From Actinomycetota bacterium (lineage in GTDB: Bacteria > Actinomycetota > Actinomycetes > S36-B12), in assembly GCA_030652695.1 (NCBI GenBank), contig JAUSQD010000098.1, forward strand, positions 1-47,209: a stretch of 47,209 nt of DNA. The letters run 5' to 3'. Below are positions 7,245-15,574 of the stretch, one piece after another (position 1 is the stretch's first letter; the number at the start of each line of letters is the position of its first letter). A program made the translations under genes and the position numbers. The notes below the pieces were generated by a model. That model was not told the DNA's origin. It worked only from the letters and a program-made list of their open reading frames with translations, and searched no databases.

Positions 7245-7273
7245 AGATGAACAGTGCGTGCCAAGATGAACAG
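7245..7273. promoter_or_regulatory. Two perfect 10-bp direct repeats (CTGTTCATCT on the minus strand) upstream of pstS, a candidate response-regulator site
   Basis: AGATGAACAG at 7245-7254 and 7264-7273 on the + strand. They lie in the 129-bp pstB-pstS spacer. The GTTCAT core is shared with the repeats upstream of pstC. Confidence 0.4.
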
Positions 7274-7277
7274 CGGC

Positions 7278-8120
7278 TTAACCGAAGCGACCATTCACGT
7301 AGTCAAGGGTGCGCTGGTCTTGCGGTTGGCCGAAGATGTCAGTGGTCAGACCCTGTTCAACGATGTGTCCTGGCTCGTTCTCCTGCGCCAGGAAGAACGC
7401 TGTGTTGTCGGCCACGCGCACCGCTTGCTGCATGTTGTGCGTGACGATGACAATCGTCACTTCCTTGGACAGCTGACGAATGGTCTCTTCGATCTTGAGT
7501 GTCGAAGCTGGATCAAGCGCCGAGCATGGCTCATCCATCAACAACACGCTCGGCTGCACCGCAAGCGCGCGAGCAATCACCAGTCGCTGCTGCTGCCCAC
7601 CCGAGAGATCACCAGCTGCGTGATTGAGTCGGTCTTTGACTTCTGTCCACAAGCCAGCAGCAGTGAGAGTCTGCTCGACAATGTCATCGTGGTTGTCACG
7701 CTTCATTCCTGAAAGCTTCAGTCCCGACAGCACATTGCCGCGAATGGTCATGCTCGGAAATGGATTTGGCTTCTGGAAGACCATGCCGATTTGCAGTCGA
7801 ATGTGCACCGGATCTACGTCCGCGCTGTAAATGTCCTTGCCTTCGTACAGCACTGTTCCTGCAAGAGCCGCATTGGGGATCAACTCATGCAGTCGATTCA
7901 AGGTGCGAATGAAGGTCGATTTGCCACAACCCGAAGGGCCAATGAGGGCGGTCACAGTGTTCTTGGGGAAGTCGATATTGACGTTTTCCAGAACTTTCCG
8001 CTTGCCAAACCAGACGCTCACATTCTCAGCGCGCAATTCACTTGGGGTGGTCTTGCGAGCAGCTAGGAGATCCGATTCCATCATTGCGACTTCCTCGAAT
8101 TCAGCGGTTGACATGGCCAT
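7278..8120 (-). CDS. pstB: Phosphate ABC transporter ATP-binding protein PstB
   Basis: Walker A GPSGCGKST, signature LSGGQQQR, Walker B LLMDEPCSALD, and the PstB-typical MVFQKPNPFP. Confidence 0.93.
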   Translation of the reverse strand: MAMSTAEFEEVAMMESDLLAARKTTPSELRAENVSVWFGKRKVLENVNIDFPKNTVTALIGPSGCGKSTFIRTLNRLHELIPNAALAGTVLYEGKDIYSADVDPVHIRLQIGMVFQKPNPFPSMTIRGNVLSGLKLSGMKRDNHDDIVEQTLTAAGLWTEVKDRLNHAAGDLSGGQQQRLVIARALAVQPSVLLMDEPCSALDPASTLKIEETIRQLSKEVTIVIVTHNMQQAVRVADNTAFFLAQENEPGHIVEQGLTTDIFGQPQDQRTLDYVNGRFG

Positions 8121-8123
8121 CTC

Positions 8124-9212
8124 CTATTTCGCGCGACCTACGCGTCCTCGGCCGAGGACGCGTGCAAGGGTGAACAGAACAGCAATCAGAATCATGAGGA
8201 CGAGCGCAGCTCCCCAGGCCCGAGCAACAGCATCGGGGTAGGGCACAGCGACGTTGTTGAAGATATAGACCGGAATGGAGGCGATGGCCTGCCCGAATGG
8301 GTTGAAGACCGTTCCATCGTTGTTTCCGGCTGCGAGCAGCAACGGGGCTGTCTCGCCGATGACGCGGGCAATGCCCAGCAGGATGGCCGTGATGATGCCG
8401 GTCTTTGCTGCGGGCAGCACAACCTTCATGACCGTCCGAGCTCGAGTGGAGCCAAGAGCCAGAGCACCCGTGCGGAGTTCGTCAGGGATGAGCTTCAGTA
8501 CTTCTTCGGCTGTGCGAGCCACAGTTGGCAGCATCAGGATTGCGTATGCCAGACCGCCGGCAAATGCATTCTGACTGAACCAGCCCGTGGACACCGCAAT
8601 GGTCAGGATGAACAGTCCAGCGACCACAGAGGGAACGCCGCTCATTGCCTGAACGAAGAAGCGAACGTAGGGCACAGCCTTGCCACGAACTTCGGTGATG
8701 TAGACCGCGGTGGCGATACCGATAGGCACTGCAATAAGCGATGCGATGCCGACGATCAGGATGGTGCCAAGAAGTGCGTGCCCGATGCCGCCATATTCAA
8801 GTGGCGTGCTCGGATTGATGAAGACGCTGTTCTGATACACGAAGTGAGCACTCAATGCACGCAAACCTCGAACGACCAGCGACCCGATCAATGACAAGAG
8901 CACCACAAGAGCGAACACCGTGGACCCGATGGCATTGACGATGATGACCGAGTCAGCGATTCCGCGCACACCACGCGTTGACCAGGCTGCAATTGCGGAA
9001 GCAAGCAGTTGCAGCGGGAAGAAGATGACAGTCAGGACGAGCGCACCGGGAATGGACGAGTAGAAGAACAATCCGGCTGAGATCACGGCTGGGATTGCCA
9101 CAGCCAGTGCGACGGCAGTGGTGAATGACCGAGGCTTCTGGCGCCAAGGACGTGTTGGCTTCTGGACCAGATCGTCCGGGTTCATCGGCGCTTGGTAGGT
9201 CATGGTGCTCAC
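8124..9212 (-). CDS. pstA: Phosphate ABC transporter permease PstA
   Basis: Multi-TM permease with ALGSTRARTVMKVVLP...IGETAPLLL. Its position between pstC and pstB fits, and it overlaps pstC by 4 nt. Confidence 0.88.
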   Translation of the reverse strand: MSTMTYQAPMNPDDLVQKPTRPWRQKPRSFTTAVALAVAIPAVISAGLFFYSSIPGALVLTVIFFPLQLLASAIAAWSTRGVRGIADSVIIVNAIGSTVFALVVLLSLIGSLVVRGLRALSAHFVYQNSVFINPSTPLEYGGIGHALLGTILIVGIASLIAVPIGIATAVYITEVRGKAVPYVRFFVQAMSGVPSVVAGLFILTIAVSTGWFSQNAFAGGLAYAILMLPTVARTAEEVLKLIPDELRTGALALGSTRARTVMKVVLPAAKTGIITAILLGIARVIGETAPLLLAAGNNDGTVFNPFGQAIASIPVYIFNNVAVPYPDAVARAWGAALVLMILIAVLFTLARVLGRGRVGRAK

Positions 9213-10177
9213 TTCTGCATCCTGCCTGTGCGAGCGACGATCAAGTTCGCCACGATGTTGACGCCGATGGTTCCAAGGAAGAGGAAGAAGCCGGCTGCGA
9301 GCAGGAGGTTCAACTCTTCAGGCCCAGAGACCTCCCCGAAGCGTGAAACGATGAGCGTGGCAATCGATCCACCGCCGGACTCAATGATGTGGTACCAGTT
9401 CGTCTCGAAGGTCAGCTTCAGGACGAAGAACACCGCGATGGTCTCGCCCAGTGCGCGTCCCAATCCGAGCATGACCCCACCGACGATGCCGCCACGGCCA
9501 TAGGGCAGAGCGACATAGCGCAACATGGTCCACAGCGAGCAGCCAAGAGCCTCTGCAGCATTGACCAGATCCGGTGGCGTGCGGCTGAGTACCTCGCGGG
9601 AGATGGAAGTGATGATTGGGATCATCATGATGGCCAGGACCAGTCCAGCGATGAACGGTGTGCCCGAGAAGTTCTGCGAAGTATTTTCAAAGATGGGAAT
9701 CCAGCCGAGGTACTGGTTGAGCAATTCCTGCCAACCCTCTGCCGGGGGATTCAGGATGTAAAAGGCCCAGAGGCCGATGATCACTGAGGGAATCGCTGCC
9801 AGCAGGTCGATCAGATTGGTCAACACCGCTGCGAGCTTCTGTGGTGCCAGGAAGACCATGAAAATCGAGAGCATGAGCGCCACCGGAACAGCGATTGCCA
9901 GCCCGATCACCGCCAACAGCACAGAGCCGTAGAGCATCCCCCAAATTCCAGCTGTGGGCGGGTCGGTGTTGATGTCCCAGCCGGTGGAGAAGATGAAATC
10001 TAGGCCCTGACTCTGGAACGCCGAGACTGCTTGAACGCCAAGGAAGATGGCGATGCCAGCCAGAACAATGAGCGAAGTGAATGCCGCGCCCGTGACGATC
10101 CGGCTGAATACCCGATCTCCTCGGTGGGAGGTCGCGGCCGAGTTCAGGTCGCGTTGCTCCAGATCGGAATGTGCCAT
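9209..10177 (-). CDS. pstC: Phosphate ABC transporter permease PstC
   Basis: Multi-TM permease with EALGCSLWTMLRYVALPYGRGGIVGG...GRALGETIAV. I prefer the start at M24 (MAHSDLEQ, 10177). The longest ORF reaches 10246 but would overlap the phased repeats; neither start has a clear SD. Confidence 0.85.
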   Translation of the reverse strand: MAHSDLEQRDLNSAATSHRGDRVFSRIVTGAAFTSLIVLAGIAIFLGVQAVSAFQSQGLDFIFSTGWDINTDPPTAGIWGMLYGSVLLAVIGLAIAVPVALMLSIFMVFLAPQKLAAVLTNLIDLLAAIPSVIIGLWAFYILNPPAEGWQELLNQYLGWIPIFENTSQNFSGTPFIAGLVLAIMMIPIITSISREVLSRTPPDLVNAAEALGCSLWTMLRYVALPYGRGGIVGGVMLGLGRALGETIAVFFVLKLTFETNWYHIIESGGGSIATLIVSRFGEVSGPEELNLLLAAGFFLFLGTIGVNIVANLIVARTGRMQK

Positions 10178-10217
10178 GTCCGGATGCTGTCTGAGCGAGG
10201 TTGACGTCTGGGGGCAT

Positions 10218-10261
10218 CCGAACGGAACACCAGCCATCACGAACATGAACGGATGGTGAAT
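10218..10261. promoter_or_regulatory. PHO-box-like array of four 11-nt phased units in the pstC / 10306 divergent region
   Basis: The minus strand reads ATTCACCATCC|GTTCATGTTCG|TGATGGCTGGT|GTTCCGTTCGG. Units 1, 2 and 4 begin (A/G)TTC(A/C), resembling the 11-nt direct repeat units bound by actinobacterial PhoP. Confidence 0.5.
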
Positions 10262-10305
10262 TCGGTCAAGGGGGCCGACCCATTCCTCCCGCTACAGTCA
10301 CGGCA

Positions 10306-11346
10306 ATGAGCGCCAAACCCTCAGGGAAGACGGTGCGCACAGCGCTGACTGCCGTCATTGGGCTCGTGATCGTGATCGCGGTATTTGCCTTCCTTTTTCC
10401 GCAGTTGGGTGACTATCAGGCAGCACTGAGGCAGATTGCCAATTTGGACCCGATCTGGATTGCCGGTCTCGTGTTGGCAAGTCTGATCAACATCGGTGTC
10501 TATCCCTTCACCACCTGGGCGGCGATGCCAGAGGTCGGATACCGCACCAGCTTCATCAATCGCCAGGCCGGATTCTCGATCAGCAACATCTTGCCGGGCG
10601 GTGGCGCAGTCGCCGCTGCCACGCAGTACGCGATTCTGGCGCGATATGGGGTCGAAACGGCGCGCGCGGCTGCGGCTGTGACAGCGGACGCCATCTGGAC
10701 CTACCTCCTAATACTGGGAGCACCAGCAGTTGCCGTCACCCTGCTGGTGGCCGACGGGCACTCCGCGACTGCATACGTCACCATCGCTGGAATCGGACTC
10801 GGTGCTGTGCTGCTTTCGATCCTTGGGATCGTCTACGTCCTTCGGTCCGCAGCCGCTGCACGAAAGGTTGGTGATGTTCTGCAAAGTCCGGCGAATTGGC
10901 TCTACGGCTTGATTCGCAGGACTCCACCAGACGTCGCCAATGCCCTGGGCACGTTCAATGAGCATGCCTCGGAGATGGTGACCACCCGCTGGCGCCAACT
11001 GACCTTCACCAATGTCGCAGCGCAGATGGCGCCCATCCTTGTGCTGCTCGTGGGCCTCGCGGCGCTGGGCGCCTTTCCAGAGCCAGTGAACTTCATCGAG
11101 GTCTTCGCGGCTTTCTCAATCGCGCTGATTCTCACCAGCATTCCGCTGACCCCGGGCGGGCTCGGCACAGTCGACGCTGCCCTGGTGGCGCTGTTGGTGA
11201 CCTTTGGCTGCCCAGCCGCGGACGCAATTGCCGCTGACCTCATCTGGCGGCTGGCCTGGTTCGTTCCGCAGTTGCTGACCGGGCTTGGCGCACTGGGTGT
11301 TTACGGTTGGGACCGAAAGCGTCAACCGTTGACGAGTGAGGATTGA
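10306..11346 (+). CDS. Lysylphosphatidylglycerol-synthase-TM-like (flippase-like, UPF0104) integral membrane protein
   Basis: About 8 predicted TM segments, with FAFLFPQLGDYQAAL...ISNILPGGGAVAAATQYAIL typical of this family as I recall it. No synthase or catalytic domain is attached. Confidence 0.6.
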   Translation: MSAKPSGKTVRTALTAVIGLVIVIAVFAFLFPQLGDYQAALRQIANLDPIWIAGLVLASLINIGVYPFTTWAAMPEVGYRTSFINRQAGFSISNILPGGGAVAAATQYAILARYGVETARAAAAVTADAIWTYLLILGAPAVAVTLLVADGHSATAYVTIAGIGLGAVLLSILGIVYVLRSAAAARKVGDVLQSPANWLYGLIRRTPPDVANALGTFNEHASEMVTTRWRQLTFTNVAAQMAPILVLLVGLAALGAFPEPVNFIEVFAAFSIALILTSIPLTPGGLGTVDAALVALLVTFGCPAADAIAADLIWRLAWFVPQLLTGLGALGVYGWDRKRQPLTSED

Positions 11347-11348
11347 GC

Positions 11349-11993
11349 ATGCAGATTGAAGTCTGGTCAGACCTGGTGTGCCCTTGGTGCTACATCGGCA
11401 AGAGGCAGCTGGAAATCGCGCTCGCGAGCTTTGAGCACAAGGATGAGGTGACGATCTGGCATCGCGCCTACCAACTCAATCCTTCGGCGAGCACGACCAC
11501 GCAGCCCACCATCGAGATGCTGGCTGACAAGTACGGAGTCAGCGTGGATGATGCAAGAAGCATGCAGCGAGGAGTCACCGAGACTGCAGCGAGTGTGGGG
11601 CTGAACTATCAGTTGGATCGCACACTCAGTGGCAATACGCGCGATGGGCATCGGCTCGTGCTCTGGGCCCAAGAGCAGGACCACGCTGCTGGCGAGCGCC
11701 TGCTGACCTCACTCTTCAGTGCCTATTTCGAGCAGGGTCTTCCAATCTTTGAAGTCGATGAACTTGCTGGATTTGCTGCGGACATCGGTCTTGATGGGAA
11801 TGCAGCCATATCGATGCTGACTGGTGAGGACTACGCCGACTTCGTGCTTCGCGACCAGGAGATAGCTCGAGCCCTCGGCTGCACGGGTGTTCCGTTCTTC
11901 GTTCTCGACGAGAGGTTTGGAGTCACCGGCGCGCAATCGAGCGAGCTCTTCGGCTCAGCTCTGGCTCAGGCATGGAACGCGGCAGCCCAATGA
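11349..11993 (+). CDS. DsbA/FrnE-family thiol:disulfide oxidoreductase (cytoplasmic type)
   Basis: MQIEVWSDLVCPWCYIGKRQLE with a CPWC active site and no signal peptide. ATG 11349 is preferred over the TTG at 11343 in the ORF track. Confidence 0.8.
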   Translation: MQIEVWSDLVCPWCYIGKRQLEIALASFEHKDEVTIWHRAYQLNPSASTTTQPTIEMLADKYGVSVDDARSMQRGVTETAASVGLNYQLDRTLSGNTRDGHRLVLWAQEQDHAAGERLLTSLFSAYFEQGLPIFEVDELAGFAADIGLDGNAAISMLTGEDYADFVLRDQEIARALGCTGVPFFVLDERFGVTGAQSSELFGSALAQAWNAAAQ

Positions 11994-12601
11994 CCACAGG
12001 GCAGATCTACCTCGTGCGCCACGGAGAGACCGACTGGAGCAAGTCAGGCCGTCATACCGGTCGAACCGAGATCCCATTGACACAGCAGGGCGAGAACGAT
12101 GCCCGAGCGGTTGCTTCCCTTCTGCCCTTGCACCCTGACCTTGTGCTGTGCAGCCCACTCCAACGAGCTCAACGCACGGCAGCCCTTGCTGGCTTGGCAG
12201 TGACGCGAATGGAGCCTGATCTGCTCGAATGGGACTACGGAGCGTGGGAGGGCTTGACGACTGCCGAGATTCGCAAGCAACTGAACGAACCCGACTGGAC
12301 CGTCTGGGCAGAGCCGATCCCCGCTGGCACGACGCCAGGTGAACAGCTGACAGACATCCATGCGCGCACCGCACGGGTGATCGAGCAGTGCCTGCCAGTG
12401 GTCTCAAGCGGTGGAACCTGTGTGCTTGTTGCCCACGGCCATGTCCTGCGCATCCTCACTGCCACCTGGCTGGGGCTTGAGCCAATCGCCGGTCGACTCC
12501 TTGCCCTGGATCCGGCGACGTTGTCAATCCTCGGCTTCGAGCACGAGCAGCAGGTAATCCGCACCTGGAACTCCCGCGCAAGTCAACTCGCTAGGTTGTG
12601 A
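11990..12601 (+). CDS. Histidine phosphatase superfamily (phosphoglycerate-mutase-like) phosphatase
   Basis: MTTGQIYLVRHGETDWS (RHG catalytic motif) and a C-terminal VLVAHGHVLR. The start overlaps the upstream stop (ATGA). Confidence 0.8.
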   Translation: MTTGQIYLVRHGETDWSKSGRHTGRTEIPLTQQGENDARAVASLLPLHPDLVLCSPLQRAQRTAALAGLAVTRMEPDLLEWDYGAWEGLTTAEIRKQLNEPDWTVWAEPIPAGTTPGEQLTDIHARTARVIEQCLPVVSSGGTCVLVAHGHVLRILTATWLGLEPIAGRLLALDPATLSILGFEHEQQVIRTWNSRASQLARL

Positions 12602-12804
12602 AAGTGCAGAACGACAGCGTGACCAAAAGGCAGATCACGTTCGCGGTTTTCCTGCAGTCCATTGCTGCCCTGCTGCTCCTCACCGCTGGAGTCGTGCGGT
12701 GGTCGGCGATCGGCTTTGACGCCTGGGCGCTGGCGTTCATCCTTGCGGGCGCGGGCGCCGCAAGTGCCGTGGTCTTCCTCGTGCGTGCCTTGCGCAAATT
12801 CTGA
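12598..12804 (+). CDS. Small two-TM membrane protein of unknown function
   Basis: 68 aa with two hydrophobic helices (FAVFLQSIAALLLLTAGVV; WALAFILAGAGAASAVVFLV). Its GTG start overlaps the upstream stop (GTGA). Confidence 0.5.
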   Translation: MKVQNDSVTKRQITFAVFLQSIAALLLLTAGVVRWSAIGFDAWALAFILAGAGAASAVVFLVRALRKF

Positions 12805-12851
12805 TCCAGCAGCCCCTGCTGAGCTGCAAGTCACCGCCCGTACACTTCACC

Positions 12852-12946
12852 CACCAAGGGGAGCTCGCAGATTCGGCGGGCTGAGAGGGTGGACGTCTCC
12901 ACCGACCCAATGAACCTGATCTGGGTAATGCCAGCGCAAGGGAGAA
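12852..12946 (+). promoter_or_regulatory. TPP (THI-box) riboswitch
   Basis: AAGGGGAGCUCGCAGAUUCGGCGGGCUGAGAGGGUGGACGUCUCCACCGACCCAAUGAACCUGAUCUGGGUAAUGCCAGCGCAAGGGAGAAGG matches the conserved GGGG..GCUGAGA..ACCC..GAACCUGAUCUGGNUAAUGCCAGCG.AGGGA core. Its 3' end contains the SD of the downstream thiamine-binding protein gene. Confidence 0.88.
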
Positions 12947-12953
12947 GGTGGAT

Positions 12954-14006
12954 ATGTCTATTCATGCATCAAAATTGTTCATTGGCCTCGTCATCTGCAG
13001 TACGGCTCTGCTGAGTGCCTGCGGTGATTCGGAGTCGGCAGGGCCGACGACTGTCCGCCTCCTCACTCACGACTCCTTCGTGGTCAGTCAGCCGCTGATC
13101 GACCAGTTCAAGAAGGACACTGGCATCAGCATCGAGCTCATTACTGGCGGCGACTCTGGCGCAATGGTTGCTGGCGCAGTGCTTGCGTCCGGCTCGCCCA
13201 CCGCCGATGTCCTGTTTGGCATTGACAACACCCTGCTGTCAAAGGCAATCGAGGCTGACATCTTCAGCCCATACACCGCGACAGAAGCAGACTCGATCCT
13301 GCCCACTCTTGGTGATGACACCTCAGGCGGAGTGGTCACCCCCATCGACTACGGCGACGTGTGCATCAATATCGACGACGCCTGGTTCACCGAGCAGCGA
13401 GTGGCCAAGCCGACAAACATCGATCAGTTGACCAGCGCGACCTACAAGGACCTCCTCGTAGTCCAGGATCCAGCGAGCTCCTCGCCGGGACTTGCATTCA
13501 TGCTCGCCACCATCGCGAAGTACGGGGATGGCTGGACGAAGTACTGGGAGCAACTGCGAGACAACGGTGTCGCTGTTTCTGGAAGCTGGACGGACGCCTA
13601 CGAAAGTGTGTTCAGTGGCGGTGCGGGAGATCGGCCCTTGGTGGTGTCATACGCCACCAGCCCACCCGCTGAAATCGTGTATGCCGAGGAACCAAAGCCC
13701 AAGAAGCCGTCAACATCGGTGCTCACTGAAGCCTGCTACCGCCAGATTGAGTTCGCGGGGATCTTGCGAGGCAGCCCAAATGAAGAAGCCGCTCAGCAGG
13801 TGATCGATTGGCTGCTCTCAGCACCGGTGCAAGCCGACGTACCACTGTCGATGTTCGTGTTTCCTGCACGGCAAGGCGTAACACTGCCCGAGGTTTTCAC
13901 CAAGTTTGCTGCACAGGTGCCTGCGCCACTTCAGCTGCCAGCAGGTGACGTCAATGCTCATTTGGCTGAGTGGCTCAAGACATGGGGCCAGGTGATGGGG
14001 CGCTGA
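12954..14006 (+). CDS. thiB: Thiamine ABC transporter substrate-binding lipoprotein
   Basis: Lipobox LLSACG and a thiamine/Fe3+-type SBP fold (VVSYATSPPAE, IEFAGIL). It sits directly behind the TPP riboswitch. ATG 12954 is well spaced from the GGAGAAGG SD; the ORF track starts at GTG 12948. Confidence 0.85.
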   Translation: MSIHASKLFIGLVICSTALLSACGDSESAGPTTVRLLTHDSFVVSQPLIDQFKKDTGISIELITGGDSGAMVAGAVLASGSPTADVLFGIDNTLLSKAIEADIFSPYTATEADSILPTLGDDTSGGVVTPIDYGDVCINIDDAWFTEQRVAKPTNIDQLTSATYKDLLVVQDPASSSPGLAFMLATIAKYGDGWTKYWEQLRDNGVAVSGSWTDAYESVFSGGAGDRPLVVSYATSPPAEIVYAEEPKPKKPSTSVLTEACYRQIEFAGILRGSPNEEAAQQVIDWLLSAPVQADVPLSMFVFPARQGVTLPEVFTKFAAQVPAPLQLPAGDVNAHLAEWLKTWGQVMGR

Positions 14007-15574
14007 ATGCCCCTGCCTGGCTGAAGTGGACGTGGGTGATTCCTGCCCTCTTCCTCTCTGTGCTGCTCGGCGCGCCGATCACCATGGTGGTGCAGCATTC
14101 ACTTGATGCGGTGAGCACATTCGAATGGTCCTCGACTCTGCACATCGCAGCACTCGCTGCACTGCAGGCATTCACCAGTACGTGTGTGGCATTAGCGGTC
14201 GGGTTGCCTCTCGCTGGGGCCCTGAGCAGCTATCAGTTTCGCGGGCGAGCACTCACCCAAGCGCTGGTGACCGTTCCCTTTGTGCTGCCCACTGTGGTGA
14301 TCGCCTTGGCCTTTCGTGGGCTGTTCGGCTCTCTGCTTCAACCGGGTTTTCTGCTGGTCGTCGTTGCGCACACCTACATCAATCTTGCAGTGATCGTTCG
14401 CATCGTCGGTGCCACGTGGCAACAGTTGGACAGCCGCGAGGTCATTGCCGCGCGGGCCTTGGGGGCAACACCTTTTCGTGCCTTTGTCTCTGTGACCCTG
14501 CCTCAGCTTCGCGGAGCCATCCTCTCGGCCTCCGCCGTCGTATTCGTCTTCTGCTTCACCTCGCTCGGTGTGGTGTTGGTGCTCGGTGACAGCAGTACGC
14601 GCACTCTTGAATCCACAATTCTGCGCGAGAGTTCTCTCCTGCTCGACTTCCCCGCCGCCGCCCTGACATCCGTGTTGCAGCTCTTCGTCGTCACGGCCGC
14701 ATTGCTCATAGGCGCGAGAGCATCCATGCTGCGCACACGCGCAACTCCAATACTTCGAATCGCGCGAGCACCGCGCCCTCGGCTGCCGCGCCAGCGACTC
14801 TTCGTCTACGCCATTGCTATTTCTGGAGTTGCGATTGTGCTGGTGCCTCTGGCCTCTCTCGCCCTGGATTCCTTCCGAGGGCAGGGCGGATGGACCTTGC
14901 AGTGGTGGCAATCCCTGACTTCCATCGACTCAGGCACTACCCGCTTGGGCAGCCCCGCATCGGCGATTGCTGTTTCGCTGAAATACGCGCTGATCTCCGG
15001 GCTGATCGCAGGGCTGATCGGGGTACTGGCAGCGATGAGCGTGCTGACACATCGACTTGGTCGAGCAGTGGCTCTCATCGCTCTGGCGCCCCTTGGCATT
15101 TCGGCAGCCACCCTTGGATTGGGCCTCATGCTGAGCTTCGGGCGACCGCCAATAGATCTGCGAAGTTGGGATCTGCTGATCCCCCTTTCGCATTCGCTCG
15201 TCGCCGTGCCTCTCGTCATCGCAGTCGTGCTGCCGACCCTGCGCGCAACAGACTCTCGAGCTGCCACAGTTGCCAGCGCATTGGGAGCACGCCCAACGCG
15301 TGCCTTCTTCACTGCCTACGGACCGACCCTGCGCATCGTGCTGTTGGCGGCGGGCGGACTGGCGGCCTGTGTCTCCCTCGGCGAATTCGGCGCAGCATCA
15401 TTTCTTGCACGCTCGGGTGACCCGACCGTGCCCTTGCAGATTGTGCGACTGATGCAAAGGCCCGGTGATGCCTCATTTGGAGTTGCCGCAGCCTTGGCCA
15501 TGGTGCTGGTCATCGGTACCGTCATGCTCATCCTGGGCGTTGACGCACTAGGACGCAGGAGGACAGCGCGGTGA
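13970..15574 (+). CDS. thiP: Thiamine ABC transporter permease (duplicated two-domain type)
   Basis: 534 aa with about 12 TM segments and two ABC permease halves. It overlaps thiB by 37 nt from GTG 13970; an alternative ATG is at 13982. Confidence 0.8.
   Translation: MAQDMGPGDGALNAPAWLKWTWVIPALFLSVLLGAPITMVVQHSLDAVSTFEWSSTLHIAALAALQAFTSTCVALAVGLPLAGALSSYQFRGRALTQALVTVPFVLPTVVIALAFRGLFGSLLQPGFLLVVVAHTYINLAVIVRIVGATWQQLDSREVIAARALGATPFRAFVSVTLPQLRGAILSASAVVFVFCFTSLGVVLVLGDSSTRTLESTILRESSLLLDFPAAALTSVLQLFVVTAALLIGARASMLRTRATPILRIARAPRPRLPRQRLFVYAIAISGVAIVLVPLASLALDSFRGQGGWTLQWWQSLTSIDSGTTRLGSPASAIAVSLKYALISGLIAGLIGVLAAMSVLTHRLGRAVALIALAPLGISAATLGLGLMLSFGRPPIDLRSWDLLIPLSHSLVAVPLVIAVVLPTLRATDSRAATVASALGARPTRAFFTAYGPTLRIVLLAAGGLAACVSLGEFGAASFLARSGDPTVPLQIVRLMQRPGDASFGVAAALAMVLVIGTVMLILGVDALGRRRTAR

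Noticed and set aside
14192-15312. Antisense ORFs inside thiP (14192..14911 -, 14806..15312 -)
   Set aside because: They are Arg/Gly/Gln-rich, lie opposite a well-supported multi-TM permease, and have no start context.
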